NCBI GenBank assembly: GCA_965205485.1 | Contig: OZ242180.1 | Span: forward strand, 2,848,001 to 2,912,000 | Direction of reading: 5' to 3' | Length of the DNA stretch: 64,000 nt | DNA from: Candidatus Latescibacterota bacterium | GTDB taxonomy: Bacteria; Latescibacterota; UBA2968; GCA-2709665 | Shown here: piece by piece, positions 10,164-20,717 of the stretch | Layout: every line of letters starts with the position of its first letter | Numbering within the stretch: the stretch's first letter is position 1 | Notes under the pieces: model-generated | What the model was told of the DNA's origin: nothing | The model's database searches: none | What the model saw: only the letters and a program-made list of their open reading frames with translations | Made by a program: the position numbers and the translations under genes

Positions 10164-12260
10164 ATGTTCGGCCTATCCTTTTCATCACCCGCAGTACTGC
10201 ACGGCTTGTGGGCCGCACTGTTGCCGCTGGCGATTCATCTGCTTAACCGCAGGCGGGCCGTGACGGTGGCATTCAGCAACGTGGCTCTCCTTCAGACGCT
10301 TCAACAGGATCGAATGCGCCGGTTCAGGTTGAAGCAGGTCCTGGTGTTGATTCTTCGTACACTGATCATCGTATTTCTGGTACTCGGCTTTGCGCGCCCC
10401 AGGATAAAGGGCGTAGAGGGCGATGGCGCGGTGCGAACGTCTGCGTCGCTTCTGCTGGACCGATCGCTGAGCATGAGTTTCAGGGTACCCGAAGGAACCC
10501 TTTTTGACCGCGCGCGAAACCGGGCGAAAGAGATTCTGAAGCTGTTCAACGCACAGGACGATGTACGTCTGTTCCAGGTGGATGACCGGGTCGAGGAGAT
10601 TGAACCCGGGCGCCCCGACCGTCTCGCGGCAAGGCTCGAGGTCTTGCGGTACACGCAACGTGGAACGGATTTTCAACCCGCGTTGATGGCTGCACTGGCG
10701 CGTGCCTCTCAATCGGAGATTCCGAACAGGGAGATCTACGTCGTCTCGGATTTTGCCGCGAACGGCTGGTCGGAGATTCCCGATACGCTCTTTGCGGGAA
10801 CGGGCATTGCCGTGTTTTGCGTACCGGTTCGAACGTCTGAGCCGGACAATACCGGCATCCGGCATGCGGCCCCCGTCGAAGGGATCCTTGGCGCCGGCAG
10901 CGCTTCGACGCTGAGTGTGTCTTTAAAGGATTACGGTGGTCCCGTCCGGCTGAGGTCGCCGGTACAGGTTTATCTGGACGGAAGCCGGATCGGTCAGCAG
11001 GTGATACGCACAGAGCCCGGTACCTCCCTGCGTCTCCACTTCCGGTTCGTTCCGGAAAGGGGAGGACTGGTTCCCTTGCGTGTCGAGCTCGGTGACGACG
11101 ACATGGCGGCGGACAACGTCTACACGTCGGTCCTGAACATCCCCGAGCGCGTGAGCGTGCTTCTGATTGCCGAAAACGATGACGAGACCTATTTCGTCGC
11201 ACGGGCGCTGGAAGCAGGGTCAGGGCATTCGGTATCGGTCCGATCGGTCCGGCCTGATGAATTGAATGCGGACCTCTTGCACGGGACGGACGCGGCCCTG
11301 TTGTTCAACGTGTCCCGGTTGTCCGCCGGCGCCCTGAAGGTCCTTGAATACCGGGTGCAAAGCGGAATGGGCCTGCTGGTCGTCCTGGGGGACCGGGTGG
11401 ATTTTCGGCATTACAATTCCGCATTGCTGCCGGTCCTGTTTCCCGCGTCGCTCGTCGGCGTGGAGGGTTCTCCCGGACAGAACGTCACCTATCACAGGCT
11501 GCGGAAAACACTGCCTGACCATGCGGTCTTCGGCGATTCAGGTTCGGCCGAAGTGCTGCGAAGGCCCCGGTTCTACGCGTACTGCCGGATTCGGCTGGGC
11601 GGCTCATCGCAGCCTGTTCTCCTGTTCCGCAGCGGCGACCCCGCCCTGGCCGAGACCCGCCTCGGCGCGGGTCGCGTCGCGTTGTTTGCCGCCGGCCTTA
11701 ATTCCGATCTGAGCTGGACCGACCTGCCTCTGACGGGAATCTTCGTTCCGTTCATTCATCGGATGATCCGTTATCTGGCGGCGGGTTCTCCAGGCCGGTC
11801 GGACTACTTCGTGGGCGACAGGGTGTATCGGAGCCGGTCTGAGGTCCAGGCTCGTGAGGCCCTGCTCAGACCTCCGGAGGGCGAGGCTCGAACGATCTGG
11901 CCCGAACAGCGCGGGGCACACTCGGTATGGCCGGTCGGCGAGGTGGATATTCCCGGCGTCTGGGAGATTTACGCGCTGGACCGTCTGGCAGACCGGTTCG
12001 CGGTTCGTGTCGATGCCGCGGAGGGGGACCCTGCGCCTGCGTCAGCGGATCGGCTCAAAAGAGTGTTCGAGGGGTCCCGTCTGCGATTTGTGGAACCGGA
12101 AGTCCCCCCGGCAGACGTCGTCCGGGCAGCGCGCGGGGGCCGGGAGCTATGGAGACTTGCGCTGGGCCTGGCGCTCGTTTCGATGATGTTGGAGGCCATC
12201 CTGGCGCAATCGGAACGGCAGGGCAGGCGGATCCAATCCGGCATCCGGCCGTCGTCTTGA
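10164..12260 (+). CDS. BatA (double-TM) + vWA domain membrane protein
   Basis: LPLAIHLLNRRR...FSNVALL...FARP; DRSLSM MIDAS; SDF; C-terminal RELWR TM anchor. Confidence 0.85.
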   Translation: MFGLSFSSPAVLHGLWAALLPLAIHLLNRRRAVTVAFSNVALLQTLQQDRMRRFRLKQVLVLILRTLIIVFLVLGFARPRIKGVEGDGAVRTSASLLLDRSLSMSFRVPEGTLFDRARNRAKEILKLFNAQDDVRLFQVDDRVEEIEPGRPDRLAARLEVLRYTQRGTDFQPALMAALARASQSEIPNREIYVVSDFAANGWSEIPDTLFAGTGIAVFCVPVRTSEPDNTGIRHAAPVEGILGAGSASTLSVSLKDYGGPVRLRSPVQVYLDGSRIGQQVIRTEPGTSLRLHFRFVPERGGLVPLRVELGDDDMAADNVYTSVLNIPERVSVLLIAENDDETYFVARALEAGSGHSVSVRSVRPDELNADLLHGTDAALLFNVSRLSAGALKVLEYRVQSGMGLLVVLGDRVDFRHYNSALLPVLFPASLVGVEGSPGQNVTYHRLRKTLPDHAVFGDSGSAEVLRRPRFYAYCRIRLGGSSQPVLLFRSGDPALAETRLGAGRVALFAAGLNSDLSWTDLPLTGIFVPFIHRMIRYLAAGSPGRSDYFVGDRVYRSRSEVQAREALLRPPEGEARTIWPEQRGAHSVWPVGEVDIPGVWEIYALDRLADRFAVRVDAAEGDPAPASADRLKRVFEGSRLRFVEPEVPPADVVRAARGGRELWRLALGLALVSMMLEAILAQSERQGRRIQSGIRPSS

Positions 12261-12289
12261 GAAACGCCTGGAACGAGCAAGTGATGTTG

Positions 12290-12361
12290 TATGGTATAAA
12301 TAAATGTTTTACAATAATTTATTAGTTTATTCTTGACTTTTCTCCGGGGCGCTCGTATTTT
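12290..12361 (+). promoter_or_regulatory. topA promoter with AT-rich upstream element
   Basis: AT-rich 12290-12332, then TTGACT (12333)-17-TATTTT (12356). Confidence 0.5.
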
Positions 12362-12525
12362 TGAATCGGACGGGTTGCATGCCTCACACGATGCAGGCAC
12401 GGAGATCGTCGGGCATCGCTTTTCAAGGAATGCGGTCCTGTCTCTCCGTGTCTCAATACCTATCGTAACCGGGCTGAGTCACTCGATGATTTATTTCGAC
12501 GTGGCTCGTTCTTTTGGGAGACAAT

Positions 12526-14781
12526 ATGCCGGATGCGCTGGTGGTGGTCGAGTCGCCGGCCAAGGCGAGGACGATCAACAAGATACTCGGTAAAGACTTC
12601 AAGGTATTGGCCAGCATGGGGCATGTCCGTGACCTGCCGAAGAAGGAACTGGGCATTGATGTCACGAACGGATTCAAGCCGACGTATCGCACAATCCGCG
12701 ATCGGAACAAATTCGTCAAGGAGCTTCGCGCGGCCTCCCGCTCGGCAGGGCGGCTGATTCTTGCGACGGACCCCGACCGCGAGGGGGAAGCCATTGCGTG
12801 GCACGTGGCCGAGGCGCTCAAGCGGGTCAAAGATGCCCATAGGGTAACGTTTAATGAGATTACGGAACGCGCTGTCAGAGAGGCGGTGGCCAAGCCTTCC
12901 AGGATCGATGTGAGGAAGGTGGACGCTCAGCAGGCCCGCCGGGTTCTGGATCGCCTCGTGGGGTACAAGGTCAGTCCACTCCTGTGGAAAACGGTTCACG
13001 GCGGTCTGAGCGCCGGGCGGGTCCAGTCGGTTGCGCTTCGATTGATCTGCGAAAGGGAAGCTGCGATCGACGCGTTCGTTCCGGAAGAATACTGGACGGT
13101 CGACGCGAAGGTGAAACGGGAGGACACCGTTCCGTTCAGGGCGCGGTTGGTCCGGCACAAGGGTGAAAAGCTGGCGTTGAAGACCCGGGTGGAGGTGGAC
13201 CATATTCTTCTGGATCTGCGTGCGGCGGCCTCAGACCCGGGATACCGCATCGCCGATGTGAAACGGCAGCGGCAACGGCGCAATCCGGCCCCGCCATTCA
13301 TAACGAGTACGCTGCAGCAGGAGGCGTCCAGGCGGCTGCGGTTTACTGCGCGGAAGACGATGCAGGTGGCCCAGCAGCTCTACGAGGGCGTTGAGGTACG
13401 GGGCGGAACGGCAGAAGCGACCGAAACAACCGGTCTGATAACATATATGAGGACTGACTCCACCCGGTTGGCGAGCGACGCTGTAACCTCCGCGAGAGAC
13501 TATATCCGGCAGCGGTTCGGGGAGGCGTATCTGCCGGCCCGGGCAAGAACGTACCGAAAAGGAAAGGGGGCGCAGGATGCGCACGAGGCGATACGCCCCA
13601 CGGATCTGCAGCGTCCTCCTGAGGTCGTCGAGGCGCAGCTGACGGACGATCAGGCGAAGCTCTATCGCCTGATCTGGGATCGGTTCATCGCCTGTCAGAT
13701 GGCGTCGGCCGTGTTCAACCGGACCGCGGTGGATATCCGGGCGGGCGAGTATGAGTTGCGGGCAACCGGGTCGGAGCTCAAGTTTGCCGGTTTTACGGCG
13801 CTCTACACGGAGGGCAGGGACGACGAAGCCGAGCAGGCCGAGGCGCGGCTTCCCGATGGATTGAAGAAGGGAGATCTCCTGACAATGATGTCGCTGCTGC
13901 CCGAGCAGCATTTCACAAAGCCGCCGCCCAGATTCTCCGAAGCCACCCTGGTCAAGGAGCTGGAATCACGCGAAATCGGACGACCCAGTACCTATGCCCA
14001 GATTATCAGCACGCTCCAGGACAGGGACTACACGGCAAGAAAGAGCGGACGGTTCACGCCGACGGAACTGGGGCGTACGGTCAACGGAATTCTGGTCAAG
14101 GCGTTTCCCGATGTGTTCAACGTGGATTTCACCGCGAGGATGGAAGATGAACTGGACCAGGTCGAAGCCGGCGAGGCAGGATGGGTGAAGGTGGTGGAGG
14201 ACTTCTACGGGCCGTTTGCCAGAGACCTTGAAAAGGCGGAAGGGCAGCGAAGAGAACTGAAGGCGTCACTGCAGGAGGAGACGGACAGAATCTGCGAGAA
14301 GTGCGGAAGGGTTTTCGTGATCAAATGGGGTCGAAACGGCCGTTTTCTTGCCTGTTCCGGATTTCCGGAATGCCGGAATACCCACCCGCTCGAAGCTTCC
14401 GAGCCGGAACCAACGGATGAAGTTTGCGAGAAATGCGGATCGGACATGGCCATTCGTACAGGACGCAATGGACGATTCCTTGCATGTTCGGGGTACCCCG
14501 GGTGCAAGAATACCCGGTCGATTTCCACGGGCGTGCCGTGTCCGCAGGAAAAATGCGACGGCCAGCTCAAGGAACGAAGCAGCCGGCGGGGCAGGACGTT
14601 CTTCAGTTGCGGCAACTTTCCGGAGTGTACGTACGCGAGTTGGGATCGGCCCCTGAATCGGCCGTGCCCGATGTGCAACGGACCGTTTCTGGCCGAGCAT
14701 GCCGGTCGAAACGGCCGGACGTCCTTCCGTTGCCTGAAGTGCAGGCATACGATGCCGGCCGCGCAGGAGGAACGGGTGTAA
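12526..14781 (+). CDS. topA: DNA topoisomerase I
   Basis: VVESPAKA, ATDPDREGEAI, SAGRVQS, ITYMRTDS, AQDAHEAIRPT, C-terminal zinc ribbons. Confidence 0.97.
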   Translation: MPDALVVVESPAKARTINKILGKDFKVLASMGHVRDLPKKELGIDVTNGFKPTYRTIRDRNKFVKELRAASRSAGRLILATDPDREGEAIAWHVAEALKRVKDAHRVTFNEITERAVREAVAKPSRIDVRKVDAQQARRVLDRLVGYKVSPLLWKTVHGGLSAGRVQSVALRLICEREAAIDAFVPEEYWTVDAKVKREDTVPFRARLVRHKGEKLALKTRVEVDHILLDLRAAASDPGYRIADVKRQRQRRNPAPPFITSTLQQEASRRLRFTARKTMQVAQQLYEGVEVRGGTAEATETTGLITYMRTDSTRLASDAVTSARDYIRQRFGEAYLPARARTYRKGKGAQDAHEAIRPTDLQRPPEVVEAQLTDDQAKLYRLIWDRFIACQMASAVFNRTAVDIRAGEYELRATGSELKFAGFTALYTEGRDDEAEQAEARLPDGLKKGDLLTMMSLLPEQHFTKPPPRFSEATLVKELESREIGRPSTYAQIISTLQDRDYTARKSGRFTPTELGRTVNGILVKAFPDVFNVDFTARMEDELDQVEAGEAGWVKVVEDFYGPFARDLEKAEGQRRELKASLQEETDRICEKCGRVFVIKWGRNGRFLACSGFPECRNTHPLEASEPEPTDEVCEKCGSDMAIRTGRNGRFLACSGYPGCKNTRSISTGVPCPQEKCDGQLKERSSRRGRTFFSCGNFPECTYASWDRPLNRPCPMCNGPFLAEHAGRNGRTSFRCLKCRHTMPAAQEERV

Positions 14782-14891
14782 GACGGCATTCAGGGCCACC
14801 TGCGAAATGCCGGTTCCGAACCGGTAACCGCCGGCGGCCCCGTTGAATTGCCCGCGGCCGCCGACCCCGCGGCAGGAACAGTTTGAAATAA

Positions 14892-15051
14892 CAGTCCGTT
14901 GATAAAGTCGCTCTGCAGGCGAGGCCGAGCCATTGTGGCTGAAGACAAGGCGCGCGACCGAGTCCCATCCAGGGATTCGGCGAGGGAGCGCAACGCAGTA
15001 TTTCGACCGCAAGGGCCGGCCGCAGCCCGGATGGACTTTCTCAACGGGCTG
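14892..15051. mobile_element. 160-bp MITE-like element with 18-bp imperfect terminal inverted repeats and a 4-bp ATAA target-site duplication
   Basis: CAGTCCGTTGATAAAGTC ... GACTTTCTCAACGGGCTG (16/18 match); ATAA at 14888-14891 and 15052-15055. Confidence 0.7.
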
Positions 15052-15062
15052 ATAAGGTTGTC

Positions 15063-15974
15063 ATGCGAATGCGCGTTTTAATCACGGAATTTCTGCGCCA
15101 TCTCGCCGACGAGCGTCGTCTTTCGCCGCACACGTCACGGGCCTACGGCACGGACCTGGCACGGTTCCTTTCATTCTTGCAGGTCAGATCGGGTCTGGAA
15201 GACCCGGACGTGAGCAGCGTCGCACGTGAGGACATACGGGCGTTCCTGGGGTATCTCAACGGCGCCGGATTCGGCAGGCGTTCAATCGCACGGAAGCTGG
15301 CTTCGCTGCGGACGTTCTTCGCTTTTCTGTGCCGGCTGGGCCGCTTGCGGAAGAACCCTGCGCTTCAGGTCCGTCCGCCAAGGCAGGAAAAGACCTTGCC
15401 CGTACATCTGGATCTCGGAGAAGTGCGGCGCGTGATGGAGAATCCGTCGCCGGATACGGCACTGGGTTTGCGGGACAGGGCGATTCTGGAGTTGTTCTAC
15501 AGTTCCGGAATCCGTTTACGCGAACTTGCGGAAATCAATATGGACGGCCTGGACCTTGACAGCGGGACCGTCCGGGTAACGGGGAAGGGCGGCAAGGAGC
15601 GGCTCGTACCCGTTGGAAGGCCGGCCCGGGAGGCCCTTCGCAGGTATCTCACGCGGCGGCCGGAGCTGTTGCCGGGGGATGCGCCCGAGGTTGACCGTCG
15701 TCGTTTTTTCCTGAGCCGTACCGGCAGGGCGTTGAGCGCAAGCGGGGTTCAGGACCGGGTCGTGGGTCATCTCGAGCAGGCGACGGGCAGGGGCCGCCTG
15801 GGGCCGCATACGCTGAGACATACCTTCGCTACACATCTGCTGGACAGGGGCGCCGATCTGAATGCGGTAAAGGAGATGCTTGGTCACGCGAGCCTGTCCA
15901 CAACGCAGATCTATACCCACGTGAGTGTGGAGCGGTTAAAGAAGGCCTATCGGCAGGCGCATCCGAGAGCGTAG
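15063..15974 (+). CDS. xerC: Tyrosine recombinase XerC
   Basis: RDRAILELFYSSGIR, GKGGKER, PHTLRHTFATH, LGHASLSTTQIYTHV; syntenic with topA. Confidence 0.9.
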   Translation: MRMRVLITEFLRHLADERRLSPHTSRAYGTDLARFLSFLQVRSGLEDPDVSSVAREDIRAFLGYLNGAGFGRRSIARKLASLRTFFAFLCRLGRLRKNPALQVRPPRQEKTLPVHLDLGEVRRVMENPSPDTALGLRDRAILELFYSSGIRLRELAEINMDGLDLDSGTVRVTGKGGKERLVPVGRPAREALRRYLTRRPELLPGDAPEVDRRRFFLSRTGRALSASGVQDRVVGHLEQATGRGRLGPHTLRHTFATHLLDRGADLNAVKEMLGHASLSTTQIYTHVSVERLKKAYRQAHPRA

Positions 15975-15978
15975 CGAC

Positions 15979-17727
15979 GTGAGAACGGACACGGAAGTCG
16001 GTGGATGGCCATACAGGGTATACGTGCCGTTTTCCATTCCGAAAAAGACGGCTCGTGTTCTGATGAGCCTTCTTCCGCTTCTCGCAGGCGCGTGCGCCAA
16101 CCCCAGACCGCCGCCTGGCGGTCCTCCGGATGCGACCCCGCCGCGGGTTGTCCACACAACGCCGGCGGCCGATTCAGTAGGTGTTGGATCGGATACACGC
16201 ATCCGGATCGGGTTCAGCGAATCCATGAACCGCCGATCGGTCACGCGCGCGGTCTTCATTTCGCCGCGCCTTTCCACCGATCCGGATTTCAGATGGCGAG
16301 GACGGGAGCTTGAAATCCGTCCACGTGAAGGCCTCCGTGAGGATCGTACGTACGTTGTATCGGTTGGCGCGGGCAGTTCAGACGAGTCGTCCAACCGTAT
16401 GGAGGCGACCTACAGCTTCGCGTTCTCCACCGGTGACCGGCTGAGTCGCGGTGAAATCCACGGAAGCGTCGAACTGAATACCGGGAAGCGGGGACAGGCC
16501 TACGTCTGGGCGTACGATCTGACCGGGACCGGCGACCCCGATCCCGCGACAGACCCTCCCGCTTATGTGACACAACCCGGCGACGACGGGACGTACCGTT
16601 TTGTACGGCTGGGGGCCGGACGGTACCGGGTATTCGCGTTCCAGGATGGAGACCGCGACCAGGACTATCGTCCGGGCGAGCCCATTGCGGTACCGCCGGG
16701 GGACGTCCCGCTCGGATCCGGCGACGGGCGTGTGCAATTGGGTCTGCTGAAGATGGCGGTACGTGACAGCGTGCCGCCGCGTTTCGTTTCGGCGCGGACG
16801 CCCGACCGGCGGCGGCTGTCACTGCGGTTCGACGAACCCGTGATCCTGTCCTCGCCGCCCCGCATTTCCGGCGGCGCTGGATTTCTCGCGGTTCAGGCCG
16901 TATACACGGACGCGACCGATTCCAGCCGGGTGTGGCTGGTTACCGGTCCGCAGACCGCCGGGACGGAATACAGTGTGGCGTTGGGTGGAATCTCAGACCG
17001 TTTCGGGAATCAGATTGCGCCTGGCGAGGCGGCAGCGGTGCGCGGCGAGGGGCAGCCCGACCGCCGAGCGCCGGTTCCGGTTCGTGTCAATCCCGATGTT
17101 GGCGCACTGCACGTATCGCAGGGCGTCGCGCTGCGAGTCGATTTCAACGAGGCGATGTCTGACGATTCGAGGCCTGACTTCTGGGCCGTTTCGGACAGTA
17201 CGGACGCCCCCGAGGGACGTATTTCGTGGCCGCTGCCCAACCGGCTTGCATTCCGGCCCCTCCGGGCCTGGGCGCCGGGTAAGACTTACGTTCTGCGAGC
17301 CCGGTCCGACCGGCTTTCGGACGTTTCAGGCAACCCGGCCGAAGGTGAGATCCTGTTCCGGTTTTCAGTTGCGTCGCCAGAGGATCAGGGCGCATTGAGC
17401 GGTTCGGTTGTACCGTCTGATACGCCCATCGTCGTGCAGGCGCGGCCGGCTTCGGCGTCGGAAGTGACGCATGCGATCACTGTCACACCCGGAGACTCAT
17501 CGTATTTTTTCGAAGCGTTGCCGCCCGGATCCTATCGGGTGCTCGCCTTCGGTGACGTCGACGGCACCCGCACATGGACGCCGGGCGTGGTCAGACCGTT
17601 CGTTGCCGCCGAACCCTTGTCCGCACTTGATGATACCATAAGTGTCGTCTCCCGATGGGAGACGAGTGCTGAGGAGCGGCTGAACCTGTACGTTTGGACG
17701 TCTTCAGGGATCGAACGGGAGAAGTAG
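15979..17727 (+). CDS. Lipoprotein with bacterial Ig-like domains (true start perhaps near 16063)
   Basis: LAGAC lipobox followed by ANPRPPPGGPPD.TPP; FSESM, FNEAM and FST Ig-like motifs. Confidence 0.8.
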   Translation: MRTDTEVGGWPYRVYVPFSIPKKTARVLMSLLPLLAGACANPRPPPGGPPDATPPRVVHTTPAADSVGVGSDTRIRIGFSESMNRRSVTRAVFISPRLSTDPDFRWRGRELEIRPREGLREDRTYVVSVGAGSSDESSNRMEATYSFAFSTGDRLSRGEIHGSVELNTGKRGQAYVWAYDLTGTGDPDPATDPPAYVTQPGDDGTYRFVRLGAGRYRVFAFQDGDRDQDYRPGEPIAVPPGDVPLGSGDGRVQLGLLKMAVRDSVPPRFVSARTPDRRRLSLRFDEPVILSSPPRISGGAGFLAVQAVYTDATDSSRVWLVTGPQTAGTEYSVALGGISDRFGNQIAPGEAAAVRGEGQPDRRAPVPVRVNPDVGALHVSQGVALRVDFNEAMSDDSRPDFWAVSDSTDAPEGRISWPLPNRLAFRPLRAWAPGKTYVLRARSDRLSDVSGNPAEGEILFRFSVASPEDQGALSGSVVPSDTPIVVQARPASASEVTHAITVTPGDSSYFFEALPPGSYRVLAFGDVDGTRTWTPGVVRPFVAAEPLSALDDTISVVSRWETSAEERLNLYVWTSSGIEREK

Positions 17728-17729
17728 CG

Positions 17730-18122
17730 GTGCCCAATGAATCTCAACGCAGTCTTTCCGTCAGGAAGCATCTGGCGCCGGTCCTGTTGCTGGCCCTGTT
17801 CTGCGCCTTGATGATTGTCCGGCTTACCGCGCGGACCCCGGATGAGAGCGAACGTGCGCGCGCCCGAATGCACCTCGAATTGATCTACGCGCTGGAGCGT
17901 GCCCACCTGAAGGAATATGGAACTTATCTACCTGTAGACCGTGAAAAAAACGGTGAGATCCTCAAGCTTGACGAGGTGTCCGGCACGTTCCGGTACCGGG
18001 TCACGGTGGAGGGATCGACGTTCGTTGCGGAAGCGCGGGCGGACCTGGACGGAGACGGTCGACACGAGGTGTGGTACGTGGACCAGGAGACGCCCGAACC
18101 CGTGCTGATTCAACAGGACTGA
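17730..18122 (+). CDS. Type IV pilin-like membrane-anchored protein
   Basis: One TM helix, then LELIYALERAH..EYGTY...FVAEARADLDGDG...VW. Confidence 0.55.
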   Translation: MPNESQRSLSVRKHLAPVLLLALFCALMIVRLTARTPDESERARARMHLELIYALERAHLKEYGTYLPVDREKNGEILKLDEVSGTFRYRVTVEGSTFVAEARADLDGDGRHEVWYVDQETPEPVLIQQD

Positions 18123-18125
18123 GTC

Positions 18126-20681
18126 GTGAGACATCATATCGGAAACGAAACGCGTCGATTGTTCGTCTGGCTTTTTGCGTCCTTGACGGTCGGCTCCTTT
18201 CTGGCGGTTCCTGCGTTTTCCTACGTATTTCAGATGCACCGTAACAGTCAGGGTCAGATTGTCACGGTGCGATGGTCGGCAGGAAAGGCGCGCGCGATCG
18301 AATTCTGGCTCAAGATCGATCAGTTTCCTTTCCTGGACAGACATGTAAGACGCCTGGTAAACGACAGCTTCGCAGCCTGGGAGGAAATTCCCATTTCATT
18401 CGCCTCGTTCAGAAACCGTGGCGTCGGCAATCTGGAAGTGTCAACCACCGACGGAAAAAACGTAATTGCCTATGACCGGAGCGCCAGTAATTTCCCGGAA
18501 CGCGGCGGCGGGGGTGTGATTGCATTCGCGCGGATGAATTGGGACGTCCAGGGTCACATAACCGACGTGGACATCGTCTTCAACGGTCGAGACTATTCCT
18601 ATTCGGCGGGAAATCCCGATCAAGAGGGCGGACTTGTGGATATGCAGGATGTGCTGGTCCACGAAATCGGCCACCTGCTGGGCCTTGCCCATTCGCCGCT
18701 GGCGGGTGATCGGACCGTTCGCCCGTCGATGTATCCCTTTTACTTTGGAGAGGAACGAACGCTTACGACCGACGACCGTGCGGGGGTTGCGGCGCTGTAT
18801 CCTTCGACGGAGGCAATAACATCCACCGGCGCAATCTCCGGAAGGGTGTCGCACCGTGACGGTTCCGGGGCATTTGGCGTGCACGTGGTGGCATATCGCG
18901 TGGAGACGGGCGAGTTCGCCGCGGGTGTCCTGTCCGGGACAACCGGTGAAAACCGGGGGATCGGCGGAGACGGGGCATATGAAATCAAGGGCCTGCCGCC
19001 AGGTGAATATCACGTGGGCATCGAACCCGTGGGCGGATCGGTTACCACGCGAAATTTCAGCGGGATTTACAGCGAGTTCGAATCCGGCTTCCCGGAGGAG
19101 TATTACGACAACCGGGCGATTCGGGACGTTGCCGACGTAGTTCGTGTTGCCCCGGGCAGGAGCGTGGCGGAGGTGGACTTTACGCTGGGTACGGCCCTTC
19201 CGGGCTTTCCGGATATTCAACCGACCGTTCTGCCGAACAACACGCCGAGCCCGGCGGGGCCGTATCGACTTCACATTCGCATCCTGGATGAGGACCCGAT
19301 TGTTCAGGTCGAGGCCGACTACCGGATCGACGGCGGACCGGTCCGGACACTGGTGTTGCAGCCGGAACATGGACGGTTTTATTCCGCCGAGTTTCCCGGT
19401 CGAAAACGCGGAACCGTGTTTACGTACCGCTTCCGGGCTCAGGACAGTCAGGGCAATGAGACAGTCTATCCCGCCGAGGAACTGCCCCCACTCCGGTTTG
19501 AAGTGCTTGCGCTTTCCGGCGAACCGGTCGTGTACGTGGCGCTGCGCCGTTCGCGGCAACTGGCCGTGTTCGATACGGGTCTGGACCGTGAAGTGGCCCG
19601 GATACCGCTGGGCGGCGACCCCTTGAGCGCGTTGTTGACACCCGACGAGCGGTACGTGTACGTGGCCAACAACGGCGCGGACGCGGATGGCTCGGAAAAC
19701 AAGCTGATGGCGATCGATACGGCAACGCATGAAGTCAACGTGATTCGGGTGGGGCGTGAACCGCTGGACCTGGCGATGCCCCGAAACGGATCGCGTGTGT
19801 ACGTGAGCAATGCCGCGGAACAGTCCGTATCGGTGGTGAACGTGGGCAGCCTCCGGGAGCGGCGGCGCATTTCCACGCCCGTTTCGGGTGGCGGGGAACA
19901 GTCACGGGGTCCATTCGGCATCGCGGTGGGCCCCGATGAAGAGTGGCTGTACGCGGCGGACATCGACGGGAATCAGGTGATGGTGGTGGATATAGAAGCC
20001 GGGCAGGTGACTCACCGCATCGACGTGCCGGTCTCGCCGCGCTCCCTGCTGCTTTCTCCGTCCGGAGACCGCCTCTACGTTTCCAGGTTCGGACGCAGCG
20101 GTGACGGTGCCGGCGTCACGGTCATCGACACCGAAACGAACGAGGTCATCGGTGAGATCGACCAGCCGTCGGCGAGCATCTTCCGGCTTGCCCTCTCGCC
20201 TGACGGCAAACGACTCTATGCCACGGACCGGACCAACGCCAGGGTGCTCGTTATCAACACCGAACTCAATCGCGTTGTTCTCAAGTGGGCGGCACGCGGA
20301 CGCGAAACGCGCGACGTCGCCGTGTCCGCCGACGGCAACACGGTCTACGCGGCCAACCAGGACTCGAACGAACTGCTGTTTATCGATGCGGCATCGGGAT
20401 TCATCCGCAAGACGCTCACGCTGGAAGACGGGCCCCGGGGTATCGCCGTCCGGGGACGGCCGGTCTACGAAGACGCTCCCGTGACCGATCCGAGACGCGC
20501 CGACTTCGACCGCGACGGAATCGTCGGGTTCGGCGACTTCGTGATTTTCGCCAGCAGTTTCGGCGCCGGTTCGGGCGATCCGAATTTCGACGAGAACCTG
20601 GACCTGAACGGCGATGAACAGATCAGCTTCGCGGACTTCATCCTCTTCGCCGCGGTCTTCGGGATGGCGGCGGGGGGGTAG
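18126..20681 (+). CDS. Secreted matrixin (metzincin) metalloprotease with YVTN-like beta-propeller and C-terminal dockerin/EF-hand-like pair
   Basis: HEIGHLLGLAH + SMYP Met-turn; YVAN/YVSN/YAAN repeats; ADFDRDGIVGFGDF and DLNGDEQISFADF. Confidence 0.85.
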   Translation: MRHHIGNETRRLFVWLFASLTVGSFLAVPAFSYVFQMHRNSQGQIVTVRWSAGKARAIEFWLKIDQFPFLDRHVRRLVNDSFAAWEEIPISFASFRNRGVGNLEVSTTDGKNVIAYDRSASNFPERGGGGVIAFARMNWDVQGHITDVDIVFNGRDYSYSAGNPDQEGGLVDMQDVLVHEIGHLLGLAHSPLAGDRTVRPSMYPFYFGEERTLTTDDRAGVAALYPSTEAITSTGAISGRVSHRDGSGAFGVHVVAYRVETGEFAAGVLSGTTGENRGIGGDGAYEIKGLPPGEYHVGIEPVGGSVTTRNFSGIYSEFESGFPEEYYDNRAIRDVADVVRVAPGRSVAEVDFTLGTALPGFPDIQPTVLPNNTPSPAGPYRLHIRILDEDPIVQVEADYRIDGGPVRTLVLQPEHGRFYSAEFPGRKRGTVFTYRFRAQDSQGNETVYPAEELPPLRFEVLALSGEPVVYVALRRSRQLAVFDTGLDREVARIPLGGDPLSALLTPDERYVYVANNGADADGSENKLMAIDTATHEVNVIRVGREPLDLAMPRNGSRVYVSNAAEQSVSVVNVGSLRERRRISTPVSGGGEQSRGPFGIAVGPDEEWLYAADIDGNQVMVVDIEAGQVTHRIDVPVSPRSLLLSPSGDRLYVSRFGRSGDGAGVTVIDTETNEVIGEIDQPSASIFRLALSPDGKRLYATDRTNARVLVINTELNRVVLKWAARGRETRDVAVSADGNTVYAANQDSNELLFIDAASGFIRKTLTLEDGPRGIAVRGRPVYEDAPVTDPRRADFDRDGIVGFGDFVIFASSFGAGSGDPNFDENLDLNGDEQISFADFILFAAVFGMAAGG

Positions 20682-20717
20682 GAAAAGACGTCCTCGCAGC
20701 ATCACGCAGATCAACTC

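Noticed and set aside
12285..12330. dif site near topA/xerC
   Set aside because: AT-rich but does not match the XerC/XerD dif consensus; better explained as a promoter UP element.
15063..15974. Tyrosine recombinase as a phage or integron integrase
   Set aside because: Size, motifs and topA linkage fit chromosomal XerC; no integron-integrase insertion or phage genes seen.
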